A stretch of 64,000 nt of DNA, from the NCBI GenBank assembly GCA_046757025.1, contig JBHHXN010000006.1, positions 8,430-72,429 on the forward strand, read 5' to 3'. Below are positions 37,797 to 48,354 of this stretch, piece by piece. The DNA is from a bacterium (lineage in GTDB: Bacteria; Zhuqueibacterota; Zhuqueibacteria; Oceanimicrobiales; Oceanimicrobiaceae). The first letter of the stretch is position 1; every line of letters starts with the position of its first letter. Under the pieces are notes generated by a model. The model saw only the letters and a list, made by a program, of their open reading frames with translations, was not told where the DNA came from and made no database searches. A program made the translations under genes and the position numbers.

Positions 37797-38399
37797 ATGA
37801 GAATTTCAATCGCTGACTATGGCGTGGGTAACCTGAAAAGTTTGCAAAACGCGTTTTGGTATTTAGGCGTAAAATCAAAAATTATTCGGACCCCGGAAGA
37901 GCTGCGGCGCGCAAGTAAGATCGTTCTGCCAGGAGTCGGGGCGTTTGGTTACGCCATGCGCAACATTCGAAGCCAGAACCTTGAAACCGCCATCAAAGAA
38001 ACCGCGCAGCACGGAACGCCGATATTAGGCATTTGCCTGGGGATGCAGTTATTGCTGACCAAAAGCGATGAAGGCGGCTGCTTTTACGGGTTGGATTTGC
38101 TTCCGGGCTGCGTGAAAAAGATGCCGGTGAAATTGAAATTGCCACACATCGGTTGGAATCAAATCAAATCGGTGGCCCATTCACAACTTCTGGCCGATTT
38201 GCCTGATTCAAATTACGGTTATTTCGTGCATTCTTACTTTTGCGCGCTGGGCGATTCGCAATTCGTGCAGGCGACCACCAACTATGGATTTACTTTCACA
38301 TCGGTTTTTGTAAAAGAAAATATTTTTGGTGTGCAGTTCCATCCGGAAAAAAGTCAGGAATTGGGATTGCGTATTTTACAGAATTTTGCGGAGATGTAA
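37797..38399 (+). CDS. hisH: Imidazole glycerol phosphate synthase, glutamine amidotransferase subunit
   Basis: 200 aa with the catalytic Cys in GICLGMQLL and His-Glu at the C-terminus (VQFHPEKS). Confidence 0.9.
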   Translation: MRISIADYGVGNLKSLQNAFWYLGVKSKIIRTPEELRRASKIVLPGVGAFGYAMRNIRSQNLETAIKETAQHGTPILGICLGMQLLLTKSDEGGCFYGLDLLPGCVKKMPVKLKLPHIGWNQIKSVAHSQLLADLPDSNYGYFVHSYFCALGDSQFVQATTNYGFTFTSVFVKENIFGVQFHPEKSQELGLRILQNFAEM

Positions 38400-38401
38400 A
38401 A

Positions 38402-39115
38402 ATGCTCATCATTCCAGCCATCGACATCAAAGACGGCGCCTGTGTGCGGTTACAGCAGGGTGCATTTAACGCTAAAACGATCTACGCTCACGACCCCATT
38501 GAAATCGCTCAACATTTTAAATCATCTGGGGCTAAAAAATTACACGTGGTAGATTTGGACGGCGCCGAATCTGGCACTTCCCAAAATACCGATGTCATCA
38601 ATAAAATGATCAATCAGGTGGCGCTCCCGATTCAGTTAGGCGGCGGAATACGCTCGCTAAACGCCATGAAATTTTGGCTGGATGCCGGCGTGGAGAAGGT
38701 CATCGTAGGCTCGCTGGCAGCACACAATCCAGAGCAGTTGTTTGAAGCGCTGAATAAATATGAGCCCGAACAAATCATTTTGGCAGTGGATGCCATAGGA
38801 GGCAGAGTGGCGGTTCGCGGCTGGCAGGAAAGCACGTCTATTACCGCCTTAGATATGATCTTAAAATTTAAACCTGCGGGATTGCAGCGACTGCTTTATA
38901 CCGACATTTTGAGGGATGGCATGCTCACCGGGCCGAACCTCCAAGCAACCAAACATATCGCACAAAGCTCCGGTTTGAAAGTCATCGCTTCGGGCGGCGT
39001 TTCGTCAAAGCAGGATTTGGATGATCTTAAAAAATTGCAAGATTACGGCGTGGACAGTGTGGTGGTGGGCAAAGCATTTTATGAACGCCTAATTTTACCC
39101 GAAGAGGTTCTTTAA
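38402..39115 (+). CDS. hisA: 1-(5-phosphoribosyl)-5-[(5-phosphoribosylamino)methylideneamino]imidazole-4-carboxamide isomerase
   Basis: The true start is MLIIPAIDIKDG, right after the hisH stop. The track ORF 38240 is an upstream out-of-context extension. Confidence 0.85.
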   Translation: MLIIPAIDIKDGACVRLQQGAFNAKTIYAHDPIEIAQHFKSSGAKKLHVVDLDGAESGTSQNTDVINKMINQVALPIQLGGGIRSLNAMKFWLDAGVEKVIVGSLAAHNPEQLFEALNKYEPEQIILAVDAIGGRVAVRGWQESTSITALDMILKFKPAGLQRLLYTDILRDGMLTGPNLQATKHIAQSSGLKVIASGGVSSKQDLDDLKKLQDYGVDSVVVGKAFYERLILPEEVL

Positions 39116-39873
39116 TGCTGGCCAAAAGAATCATTCCTTGCCTAGATGTGAAAGCCGGCCGAGTGGTCAAAGGGGTACAATTTCAGAATTTGAAAGACGC
39201 AGGAGATCCGGTCGAGCTGGCAAAACATTATGTACGGGAAAGGGCCGATGAGTTGGTGTTTTTGGATATCACGGCCACCCAGGAGCAGCGGCCGCTTGTT
39301 TACAATCTGGTTGAACGGATCGCGGATCAAGTTTTTATTCCGTTCACTATCGGCGGCGGTTTAACTTCGGTATCTGAAATTCGGGAGATTTTAACGCGCG
39401 GCGCCGACAAGATCGCACTGAACACCGCGGCTGTCTTAAATCCTGAGCTGATTAAACAAGCTGCAGAAAATTTCGGTTCACAGTGCGTAGTGGTGGCAAT
39501 GGATGTTAAAAGACAACCAAATGGGTGCTATCAGGTGTACACCCACGGCGGTAACCGAGCCACACATCTCGATGCTCTGGAGTGGGCGCTGAAAGCAGAA
39601 GCATTGGGGGCAGGAGAAATCTTGCTTACCAGCATGGATCGCGATGGCAGCAACCGCGGCTTTGATTTGCAGATCACCTATAAAATTTCGACTTCGGTGA
39701 ATATTCCCGTTATCGCCTCGGGCGGGGGCGGCAAACTCGACCATTTTGTAGAAGTGTTTGAACAGGGCAAAGCGGATGCCGCACTAGCTGCGTCCGTTTT
39801 TCATTTCAATAAATTTAACATAAAAGAAGTCAAAGCGCATTTAATGAATCATAACATCGTGGTGAGAAAATGA
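39115..39873 (+). CDS. hisF: Imidazole glycerol phosphate synthase, cyclase subunit
   Basis: 252 aa with [23 protein letters not shown] and IPVIASGG motifs. Confidence 0.9.
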   Translation: MLAKRIIPCLDVKAGRVVKGVQFQNLKDAGDPVELAKHYVRERADELVFLDITATQEQRPLVYNLVERIADQVFIPFTIGGGLTSVSEIREILTRGADKIALNTAAVLNPELIKQAAENFGSQCVVVAMDVKRQPNGCYQVYTHGGNRATHLDALEWALKAEALGAGEILLTSMDRDGSNRGFDLQITYKISTSVNIPVIASGGGGKLDHFVEVFEQGKADAALAASVFHFNKFNIKEVKAHLMNHNIVVRK

Positions 39874-40196
39874 CCATAGAAAATTTACCTAAATTAAAAT
39901 ATGACCAGAATGGTTTCATACCTGCCATTGCACAAGATCATCAAACGAAAGAGATTTTGATGTTGGCCTATATGAATCGGGAAAGTCTGGAAATTACTTT
40001 GAAAGAAAAAAAAGCTTGTTATTTTTCTCGCTCCCGGAAAAAACTCTGGCGGAAAGGGGAGACCAGCGGCCATTTTCAAATCATCAAATCCATAAAATAC
40101 GACTGCGATGCCGATGCGCTGCTTTTACAGATCGAGCAGATTGGCGCTGCCTGTCACACAGGGCATCGCAGCTGCTTTTATCGTTCCCTTATATAA
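39870..40196 (+). CDS. hisI: Phosphoribosyl-AMP cyclohydrolase (HisI only, no fused HisE)
   Basis: 108 aa with the motifs GLIPAIAQD-like ([12 protein letters not shown]), [15 protein letters not shown] and CDADALL. Confidence 0.85.
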   Translation: MTIENLPKLKYDQNGFIPAIAQDHQTKEILMLAYMNRESLEITLKEKKACYFSRSRKKLWRKGETSGHFQIIKSIKYDCDADALLLQIEQIGAACHTGHRSCFYRSLI

Positions 40197-40419
40197 TAAA
40201 GATTAGCAGCAACCACTCCGAGAAATTTTGACTGCATCGGACTTTTCATTGAAATTACTTGCCGGTTTCCTTTGCACAGGCTGTTGTTCAATGAATTCTT
40301 TTTGTAGCAGATAGAAACTTAACCTGCACACATTTTCTGCAATTTAATCCAATTGCGGTTGATTCTTTGCTTCTACTTTAATAAATTTAAAATCAGCAAC
40401 AAATGCGACTGTTTAGTGT

Positions 40420-40522
40420 CTGAAAGGAAACTCGAGAAATGCGCGATTGGAGAGCCTCTTCGCGAAGGGGTTAACGCCGAGCTAAACAGGAATTCACCCT
40501 CGGCCAGGAGGCCTTCGAGAAG
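40420..40522 (-). repeat. Intergenic structured repeat family A, copy 3 (reverse orientation)
   Basis: The reverse complement reads tcttctcgaaggcctcctggccgagggtgaattcctg...gctcggcg...ccttcgcgaagagg...aatcgcgcatttctcgagtttcctttcag. Confidence 0.5.
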
Positions 40523-40685
40523 ATAGGGTAGTTTTCGGTCAGACATTATTTCACACAATAATAAATCCGCAGAATCGACCGAAAATATAAGTGAGTGGAA
40601 CAGCAAAACAGTAGCGGTTCAAATATACAATGCACCAGAAGGCGACATTCAATCCCATCGTAAACCGAGTAAATGAGAGAACAAC

Positions 40686-41918
40686 ATGACGAGGAACCGG
40701 AACATTCAGACCAAACAAATTCAAAATTTAGCAAACGATATCACAGATGAAATTATTAACCTGCGAAGATATTTTCACCAGTACCCGGAGTTGAGCTGGA
40801 AGGAACATAAAACCGCCACGCACTTGCGAGAAATTTTAGTGGCTGAGGGTTTGCGGGTGAAATCCGGCATTTGCGGGACCGGCCTGGTAGCAGAGCTCAA
40901 CGGTCAAGCGGCGGGTAAAACGCTGGCCATTCGTTCCGACATGGACGGCTTACCGATGTACGACGCAAAAGACGTCTCCTTTGCTTCGAAAGTCACGGGC
41001 GTGATGCACGCCTGCGGCCACGATGCGCACATGGCCATGGCTGTGGGTGCCGCCCGTGTATTGAACCGACTCGGATTCGAGCTGTCGGGAAACGTGCGTT
41101 TCATTTTTCAGCCCTCGGAAGAAGCTGCACCTAGCGGCGCCAGCGAACTGGTGAAAGAAGGCGTTATGCAAGACGTGGACAGCATTGTGGCCTTCCATGT
41201 TGACCCGGAAATGCCAGTGGGCAAAATCGGATTGCGGGCTGGTATTTTGACCGCACACTGCAACGAGTTTAATCTGACTATTTTGGGTAAGAGCGGTCAC
41301 GCCGCACGTCCTCACCAGGCCATCGATACCATCCATCTCAGCAATCGTGTCATGAGTGCGCTTTACGAAATTACCGCCAAACGCACACAGACTTTTTCCC
41401 CTGCGGTTTTGTCCATTGGTAAGATTGGGGGCGGAAGCAAAGCTAACATCATCCCCGAGCGCGTAGATATCCAGGGAACCATTCGCACGGTGGATGAGCA
41501 AAGCCAGAATGAAATCCTCAGTGCCATCGAAGAGTCGGTGCATGCAATCACGCGCTCCGCTGGCGGCACCTACCAACTGGAATTTCTCTCGCCCGTGCCG
41601 TCGGTGGTCAACGATCCCCAGATCACGCAACTCATACGAGAGGCTGCCGCCTCGGTTCTGCAGGAGGACAACATTGTCGAGATTCAAAATGTCAGTATGG
41701 GCGGGGAAGATTTTTCCTGGTATCTGAAAAATACTCCTGGCGCTCTGATTCGACTGGGCGTGCACAAAGAGGGAGAAGAAATTCGCTACCTGCACACCCA
41801 CCATTTTGATATCGACGAGCAGGCCTTGCCCATTGGAGTCGCGCTCATGTGCCAGATCGTGCTGTATTATTTTTCGGATTCCAATCCTTTTGATGAACCC
41901 ATTTTGCATGGTCGATAA
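40686..41918 (+). CDS. M20 family amidohydrolase (N-acyl-L-amino-acid amidohydrolase / hippuricase-like)
   Basis: 410 aa with metal-ligand motifs (MHACGHDAH, FQPSEEA). This is the typical M20D architecture. Confidence 0.75.
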   Translation: MTRNRNIQTKQIQNLANDITDEIINLRRYFHQYPELSWKEHKTATHLREILVAEGLRVKSGICGTGLVAELNGQAAGKTLAIRSDMDGLPMYDAKDVSFASKVTGVMHACGHDAHMAMAVGAARVLNRLGFELSGNVRFIFQPSEEAAPSGASELVKEGVMQDVDSIVAFHVDPEMPVGKIGLRAGILTAHCNEFNLTILGKSGHAARPHQAIDTIHLSNRVMSALYEITAKRTQTFSPAVLSIGKIGGGSKANIIPERVDIQGTIRTVDEQSQNEILSAIEESVHAITRSAGGTYQLEFLSPVPSVVNDPQITQLIREAAASVLQEDNIVEIQNVSMGGEDFSWYLKNTPGALIRLGVHKEGEEIRYLHTHHFDIDEQALPIGVALMCQIVLYYFSDSNPFDEPILHGR

Positions 41919-43296
41919 ATTTAAAAAACATCTCGAGCAAAATCGTTTCTTTACCGTTGGAGATAAAATTCTGCTGGCGGTGTCCGGTGGCATGGACTCG
42001 GTGGCCATGCTGCATCTGTTTTATCGATTGAAGAACCAATTGCAGTTGCAATTTAGCATCGTACATGTGCATCACGGCATCAGAGGGGCGGAGGCGGACG
42101 AGGATCTGGAATTTGTAAGGAAATTGGCCGAAAACTACCAAATGCCGTTTTATTTTCGCAAGGTGGATGCGGTAAAGTATGCCTCCATAAACCGGCTATC
42201 TCTCGAAGAAGGCGCGCGGGAATTGCGCTATCAGGCCTATGCAGAAGTGTTGAGGGAAAGTGGCAGCCTGAAAGTGGCGACAGCCCACAACGCGAACGAT
42301 CAAGCAGAGACCGTTTTAGATCGCCTGCTGCGCGGTAGCGGAATTTCTGGGTTGTGTGGAATTCCAGCAGTGCGGGGGCGGTATTTTCGACCGCTGTTGA
42401 TTTTTGATCGCACTGAAATCGAAAATTATGTGCAGCAACTAAATCTAAGTTACCGGCAAGATTCAAGCAATCGCGATTTGCGCTTCAAACGAAATCGTAT
42501 CAGGAATACGTTAATGCCATATTTAACTGCTAATTTCAATCCCAATTTGGTTGCAACGCTTTGCCGTATGGGGAAGATTTTTACTGAAAATGAACGTTAT
42601 CTTCGCGTCCAGTCTAAACAGGCCTTTAAATCCTTAGTTTTGTTACACAAAAAAAATGAAATAGTTCTTGATATTGTTGGATTTTTAAATTATTTTGAAA
42701 TAATACAAAAATATATTTTAATTGAGGCATGTGAAGCCCTAAATATAAAAAAAATTGCTCTTACTTTTGATAAATTAGAAAGCATTGTTACGCTCATAAA
42801 AAATCGCAACATTGGAAAAAAAGTCGCCATAAATAAACAATTTCAGCTCAGTATTGACCACGACGGGATTGTCATAAACCAGAGCAAAGAAAAGCCGTCG
42901 GTACTCAAATTAAACTTACTAAAAGAGACATCCTGCAATTATCAGAATTATGAACTTCATTGGAAGATTTACAAAAGAACCTCAAAATTACAATTAAACC
43001 AAATAAAAAACGCGGAAGTAGTCGATTTTGATAAAGCTGGCAGTCGATTATTGTTGAGAACATTGCAACCAGGAGATAGATTTATTCCGCTAAATTTTAC
43101 CGGACATAAAAAGGTTTCTGACTATTTTTCCGATCAAAAAATACCTCATCATTTACGAACAGAAATTCCTATTTTAGAAGCACCCACTGGCATTATTTGG
43201 ATATGTGGTCATTGCATTGATGATCGCTTTAAGGTGACCAGTGAAACATCAAAAATACTTAAATTGGAGTTAGTGGAACCCATCAATGCAGAATGA
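41908..43296 (+). CDS. tilS: tRNA(Ile)-lysidine synthetase
   Basis: The PP-loop is SGGMDS. The true start MVDKFKK overlaps the M20 gene by 11 nt. The track ORF 41806 includes an out-of-context extension. The 3' half is unusually AT-rich. Confidence 0.8.
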   Translation: MVDKFKKHLEQNRFFTVGDKILLAVSGGMDSVAMLHLFYRLKNQLQLQFSIVHVHHGIRGAEADEDLEFVRKLAENYQMPFYFRKVDAVKYASINRLSLEEGARELRYQAYAEVLRESGSLKVATAHNANDQAETVLDRLLRGSGISGLCGIPAVRGRYFRPLLIFDRTEIENYVQQLNLSYRQDSSNRDLRFKRNRIRNTLMPYLTANFNPNLVATLCRMGKIFTENERYLRVQSKQAFKSLVLLHKKNEIVLDIVGFLNYFEIIQKYILIEACEALNIKKIALTFDKLESIVTLIKNRNIGKKVAINKQFQLSIDHDGIVINQSKEKPSVLKLNLLKETSCNYQNYELHWKIYKRTSKLQLNQIKNAEVVDFDKAGSRLLLRTLQPGDRFIPLNFTGHKKVSDYFSDQKIPHHLRTEIPILEAPTGIIWICGHCIDDRFKVTSETSKILKLELVEPINAE

Positions 43297-43834
43297 AGAA
43301 ACCCAAAAATTTTTTAAAAGCAATAATTATGAAATCCTGCTGACTCGGGCACAGATTGAAGCGAAAGTCAAAGAGCTGGGGGAGCAAATATCCCGGGATT
43401 ATGAGGGTAAATGTCCTATTTTGATCGGGGTTTTGAACGGTAGTTTCATTTTCTGTGCGGATCTCTTTCGCGAAATCTCCATCGATTGTGAAGTGGATTT
43501 TATTAAAATCTCAAGTTATGGCGATAAAACCGAAACATCTGGTGTGGTAAAGTTGTTGAAAGATATTGACGCTCATTTAAAGGACAGACACGTCGTGGTT
43601 GTGGAAGATATCGTCGATTCCGGATACTCTGTGCAATATTTAGAAAATAGAATGAAAATGGCGAATCCCAAATCGTTAAAATTCGTTTCATTATTGGTTA
43701 AAGAAGGCGGTAAGCAGGTTCCGTACGAAATAGATTACATCGGATTCAAAATACCGAATCGATTTGTGGTCGGATATGGGTTGGATTATGCACAAAAATT
43801 CCGAAATTTACGAGATATTTATTTAATGGATTAG
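43286..43834 (+). CDS. hpt: Hypoxanthine phosphoribosyltransferase
   Basis: 182 aa with the PRPP-binding motif VVVVEDIVDSGYS. Confidence 0.85.
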   Translation: MQNEETQKFFKSNNYEILLTRAQIEAKVKELGEQISRDYEGKCPILIGVLNGSFIFCADLFREISIDCEVDFIKISSYGDKTETSGVVKLLKDIDAHLKDRHVVVVEDIVDSGYSVQYLENRMKMANPKSLKFVSLLVKEGGKQVPYEIDYIGFKIPNRFVVGYGLDYAQKFRNLRDIYLMD

Positions 43835-43868
43835 CAACAAAATCAACGTTAACAAGGAATAGAAGATT

Positions 43869-45881
43869 TTGAATAAAAAAGAAAGCAGAAATCAACATTC
43901 GCCCAACCGAAAGAATCAGAAAAAGGATGAAAATTTTCAATGGAAGAAAGCCACTCGCACCTTGACATTTTGGTTGATCATCATCTTTCTCTCGATATTT
44001 TTATCTCAAACCTGGAATTTCAATGAACGCGGTGAAGTTGAGATCTCTTATTCACAATTCATGGAGCATCTCAAAAATAATCAGATTATTGACGCCATCG
44101 TTGAAAACAAGGAATTTCATGGCAAGTTAGCCAGCGAAGCCAGTCATGATTTCAATGGAAAAAGAGAAATCTACACCAAATTTAAGACCACTTTGCCAGA
44201 AGCTCCTACCGAAGAGACGGCTCAGCTTTGGTTAGAAGAATATCATCTGACCCTAAAATTTAAAGAAATCTCCAACGATTGGTGGAGTTATCTGCTCAAT
44301 CTCTTGCCCTGGGTGCTGTTCGGGGTGTTCTGGATTTTTTTATTGCGGCGAATGCAAGGCGGAGGAGCCAAAGGTATTTTTACTTTTGGCAAGTCAAAAG
44401 CAAAACTGCTCACGGAAAATCAGGCCCGGGTGACGTTTGAACATGTCGCAGGTGCGGATGAAGCTAAACAAGAATTGCGGGAAATCATCGAATTTCTGAA
44501 GGAACCGGAAAAATTTCAAAAGCTGGGCGGTAAAATTCCAAAGGGCGCCTTGTTGTTGGGACCGCCCGGAACGGGAAAAACGCTGTTGGCCAAAGCCGTG
44601 GCTGGCGAAGCTGGCGTGCCGTTTTTTAGTATGTCCGGCGCTGATTTTGTCGAAATGTTTGTGGGAGTGGGTGCTTCGCGCGTGCGCGACCTGTTTGAGC
44701 AGGGGAAGAAAAATGCCCCTTGCATCATCTTCATCGATGAAGTGGATGCCGTTGGCCGACATCGCGGAGCTGGTTTGGGCGGGGGACACGACGAACGCGA
44801 GCAGACGCTGAATCAGCTTTTAGTAGAAATGGATGGTTTTGATTCCAACGAAGGTGTTATTTTGATTGCGGCCACTAACCGGCCGGATGTGTTGGATCAC
44901 GCACTGCTGCGGCCGGGTCGATTTGACCGACGTATTGTGGTGGATTGGCCGGACTTGCGCGGCAGAGAGGGCATTTTACGAGTGCATTCAAAAAATATTC
45001 CACTATCAAAAGATGTCAACCTGCCCAATCTGGCCAAAGGCACGCCGGGATTTTCGGGTGCGGATCTGGCCAATTTGGTTAACGAAGCGGCGCTTGCGGC
45101 TGCCCGCCAGAACAAAGACTTCGTTGAAATGAGGGATCTGGAGGAAGCCAAAGATAAAGTGATGATGGGCGCCGAACGCCGAAGCATGCTTATCAGTGAT
45201 TATGAAAAAAAGGTCACGGCTTATCATGAAGCCGGGCACGTGTTGGTGGCGAAATATTCGCCCAGCTCGGACCCGGTTTACAAGGTCACCATAATTCCGA
45301 GAGGCCGTGCGCTCGGTCTGATGACCTCATTGCCCGAAGATGAGAAGCACAGTTATTCCAAAGCCTATTGGGAATCTCGCATTGCCATTGCCCTGGGCGG
45401 TCGCGCTGCTGAAAAGCTGGTCATGAACGAGCTTACTACCGGCGCAGGCAATGATTTAGAAAAAGCATCGGATATTGCCAGAAAAATGGTGTGTGAATGG
45501 GGGATGAGTGAAAAATTAGGCCCCCTGACTTTTGGCAAAAAAGAAGAAGAGATCTTTCTTGGAAGAGAAATTGCCAAGCATCGTGATTACAGCGAAAATA
45601 CCGCGCAGATTATCGATGCGGAAGTGACCCGGATTGTCACAACCGCAGAAAGACAGGCCGAAGGCATTCTCAATAAACATATCGACAAACTGCACGCTTT
45701 GTCGAAAGCGTTGCTTGAACGGGAAGTTCTGGACGGCGATGAAATCAATCAGGTGCTCAACGGCCAAACTTTGAAACCCATGAAAAGTAAAAACGAGCCT
45801 AAAAAAGCCAAATCACGAAAAAAAAAACGAAGTGGTCAGCGACTTGAATTAGATGCGCAACCTTTGGAGAAAAAAATGTAA
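43869..45881 (+). CDS. ftsH: ATP-dependent zinc metalloprotease FtsH
   Basis: 670 aa. Walker A is GPPGTGKT and the SRH is present. The zinc-binding HEAGH motif is also present. TTG start. Confidence 0.9.
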   Translation: MNKKESRNQHSPNRKNQKKDENFQWKKATRTLTFWLIIIFLSIFLSQTWNFNERGEVEISYSQFMEHLKNNQIIDAIVENKEFHGKLASEASHDFNGKREIYTKFKTTLPEAPTEETAQLWLEEYHLTLKFKEISNDWWSYLLNLLPWVLFGVFWIFLLRRMQGGGAKGIFTFGKSKAKLLTENQARVTFEHVAGADEAKQELREIIEFLKEPEKFQKLGGKIPKGALLLGPPGTGKTLLAKAVAGEAGVPFFSMSGADFVEMFVGVGASRVRDLFEQGKKNAPCIIFIDEVDAVGRHRGAGLGGGHDEREQTLNQLLVEMDGFDSNEGVILIAATNRPDVLDHALLRPGRFDRRIVVDWPDLRGREGILRVHSKNIPLSKDVNLPNLAKGTPGFSGADLANLVNEAALAAARQNKDFVEMRDLEEAKDKVMMGAERRSMLISDYEKKVTAYHEAGHVLVAKYSPSSDPVYKVTIIPRGRALGLMTSLPEDEKHSYSKAYWESRIAIALGGRAAEKLVMNELTTGAGNDLEKASDIARKMVCEWGMSEKLGPLTFGKKEEEIFLGREIAKHRDYSENTAQIIDAEVTRIVTTAERQAEGILNKHIDKLHALSKALLEREVLDGDEINQVLNGQTLKPMKSKNEPKKAKSRKKKRSGQRLELDAQPLEKKM

Positions 45882-45884
45882 CAA

Positions 45885-47492
45885 ATGCTTTCAACCCCTT
45901 TGAACATACCGGACGCGCTGCTTATCTTTATAGTCTTGGGTGTATTTTGTGGAATCACCGTCTGGTATTTATTGAAATTCTTAAAAATAAAAAACAGAAT
46001 GAGGTACACAGCAGTTGGCTTGCTTACGCTCATTCTGTTTTTTTTTGTTTTATTCCATCCTTTAACTGAAAAGTTCGCGACAAAGGCTCCTCAAAGATTT
46101 GCTGTTTTCCCCTTTTTAAAAATTTCAAATGGTAAAAGCGTGTGGTCATGGGAAAGTCTGGCCTTGGCAGATTTACCAATCAGGATGCTGCAACCGTTGG
46201 AATCAGAAAAAAGATTATTTTACGAACCGATGGCCATTGCGCATGCAGCCATACTCGACTCCCTGGAATTCCCTTTTTACGCGAAAGATTTTGCAGAACG
46301 TGTCAATCTCGACCTGGCGGTGTTCGGTCGTTTCCGTCAGCGTGGGACTGAATTAACGGTGGAATATCAAATCTACGATGTAAAACAACAAATAGAATGC
46401 TCTAATCGAAAAACTATAATCGATGAAAACGGCCTTTTCAAATACGGCAGACGTTTGAGCGAAGATTTGCTCAAATTCATTGTGCAAGGGCCTAATTCAG
46501 TTTCTTATCAAATTGTGGAAACGAATTATTTGGCTGAGGCTAATTATTACAATTCTTTGTTGTACGAGCTAAATGGGCAGCTTGACAGGGCGTTACAATT
46601 GGCGCAGGAAGCGGTTAAAATGGATAGCTTGCCGGTTTATTTGAATCGCTACGCTGAATTGCTGCTGAACACGGCTGAGCGCCGAAAAAATTCTGGCGGG
46701 GAGCCGGTTGCCGAATTTAAGAGGATTCGCGATGTACTGCAGCGATCACTGGCCATCGACGAAAACAACAGCAAAACCCTGCGCTTAAAGGGGGAGCTTT
46801 ATCTGGCCAATGAACGATGGAGCCAGGCTGAAACCGCGCTAAAACTCAGTCATCAGCATAACCCATTCGATGCACGAACTTACCTGGATTTCACGCGTTT
46901 GCATAAAACCCGATATGCCGGGCTTGGATATAAAAATGAAGGCGCCTTGCTCGAACGTGCAATTCACCTGGATCCGTATTTTACATTAGGCTATTTGAAT
47001 CTGGCTAATTTTTACACATCAAAAAATCGTCTGCATCTCGCTTTGCACACGCTGCAAAAACTTTTGAGAATCAATCCCATTTCCGTGGACGGCCTGATGG
47101 CCTTGGGGCAAGTGTATCTGTCCCAAAACGATTTATTAAATGTGTTAGAAACCTATCAAAAAGTGGTGGAATTAACGCCTGAAAACAGCGATGTTTATTA
47201 CAACATCGGCATTGTGTATTATCATCAAAAAGACTACGAAAATGCCATTAAATATTTTAAATACGCCATTGAATTAGACGATCACCTTGATTCTCATTTA
47301 TATCTTGCTTATATTTATGAAATAAAGGGCGATTTCGACCGTGCGATTCCTTTGCTGCAATCACGAATCCGTAAACGCCGGGGAGAGGACGATACATTCG
47401 CTGAAGAAGCTCGAAAACACCTTTACAAAATCATGCAGGAACGCGGAGTCATCGATTCTCTGCAATCTGATCATAAACGTTCAATCCAATAG
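45885..47492 (+). CDS. Membrane-anchored TPR-repeat protein
   Basis: 535 aa with N-terminal TM helices followed by multiple TPR-like repeats (YYNIGIVYYHQKDYENAIKYFKYAIELD). Confidence 0.6.
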   Translation: MLSTPLNIPDALLIFIVLGVFCGITVWYLLKFLKIKNRMRYTAVGLLTLILFFFVLFHPLTEKFATKAPQRFAVFPFLKISNGKSVWSWESLALADLPIRMLQPLESEKRLFYEPMAIAHAAILDSLEFPFYAKDFAERVNLDLAVFGRFRQRGTELTVEYQIYDVKQQIECSNRKTIIDENGLFKYGRRLSEDLLKFIVQGPNSVSYQIVETNYLAEANYYNSLLYELNGQLDRALQLAQEAVKMDSLPVYLNRYAELLLNTAERRKNSGGEPVAEFKRIRDVLQRSLAIDENNSKTLRLKGELYLANERWSQAETALKLSHQHNPFDARTYLDFTRLHKTRYAGLGYKNEGALLERAIHLDPYFTLGYLNLANFYTSKNRLHLALHTLQKLLRINPISVDGLMALGQVYLSQNDLLNVLETYQKVVELTPENSDVYYNIGIVYYHQKDYENAIKYFKYAIELDDHLDSHLYLAYIYEIKGDFDRAIPLLQSRIRKRRGEDDTFAEEARKHLYKIMQERGVIDSLQSDHKRSIQ

Positions 47493-48353
47493 ATGTCTGA
47501 CCATTGTAAACTGAATTGTGGCGGGAAAGAGCTGAATTTAGGCAGCCGCACACACTTGATGGGCATCGTAAATTGTACGCCGGATTCCTTTTACTCAGCC
47601 AGCCGGCATACATCTGTCCGAAGTGCCGTGAAAGCCGGCGTAGAAATGGTTAAAGCCGGAGCGGATTTTCTCGATATCGGCGGAGAATCGACGCGGCCAG
47701 GAGCAAAAAAAGTTTCAGCAGAAGAGGAAATTCGAAGAGTGGTTCCCGTGATCAAAGAACTCAGTTCCGTGGTGGATGTACCTCTGTCTGTGGATACATA
47801 TAAGTCAAAGGTGGCCCGACTGGTGCTTGAAGCGGGTGCGAGCATGATCAACGATATCAGTGCTTTGCAATTTGACCCGGAGATGGCAGCGGTAGCGGCG
47901 GAATTTGAAGTGCCGGTGGTGCTCATGCACATCAAAGGTACACCGCAAAATATGCAGAACCATCCTGAATATGAAAATGTCATCGATGAAATTGTTTCTT
48001 ACTTCGAACGAAGAATAGAATTTGCTTTAAGTCAAGGGATTAAATTTGAAAATATCATATTAGATCCGGGCATTGGCTTTGGGAAACGCTTGCAGGATAA
48101 TTATCAAATACTCCGAGAATTGGCTGTTTTCAAAAAAATGTCGCGTCCGATTTTAGTGGGCATTTCTCGCAAATCATTTATCGGGCGGGTGCTTGGCAAG
48201 CCACCCGAAGAATCGCTTGCGGGTTCCATGGCGGCATCCACGCTGGCGATCTTGAATAGCGCTGACATTTTGCGTGTGCACGATGTCAAGCCAATGAAAG
48301 AAGTTGTCACTATCGCAGATCAATTTGTTCACAAAATGAATCATGTGAATTGA
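47493..48353 (+). CDS. folP: Dihydropteroate synthase
   Basis: 286 aa with pterin-binding motifs (GIVNCTPDSF, DIGGESTRPGA, DPGIGFGK). Confidence 0.85.
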   Translation: MSDHCKLNCGGKELNLGSRTHLMGIVNCTPDSFYSASRHTSVRSAVKAGVEMVKAGADFLDIGGESTRPGAKKVSAEEEIRRVVPVIKELSSVVDVPLSVDTYKSKVARLVLEAGASMINDISALQFDPEMAAVAAEFEVPVVLMHIKGTPQNMQNHPEYENVIDEIVSYFERRIEFALSQGIKFENIILDPGIGFGKRLQDNYQILRELAVFKKMSRPILVGISRKSFIGRVLGKPPEESLAGSMAASTLAILNSADILRVHDVKPMKEVVTIADQFVHKMNHVN

Positions 48354-48354
48354 T

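Noticed and set aside
38240-38401. Track start of hisA at 38240
   Set aside because: The 54-codon extension overlaps the hisH 3' end in another frame. The conserved HisA N-terminus MLIIPAIDIKDG begins at 38402.
41806-41907. Track start of tilS at 41806
   Set aside because: The extension is Cys/Arg-rich nonsense inside the M20 gene. The conserved TilS N-terminus and PP-loop begin at Met 41908.
40950-42008. 352-aa reverse-strand ORF across the M20 amidohydrolase and tilS start
   Set aside because: It is antisense to two well-supported genes. No RBS and no domain signature.
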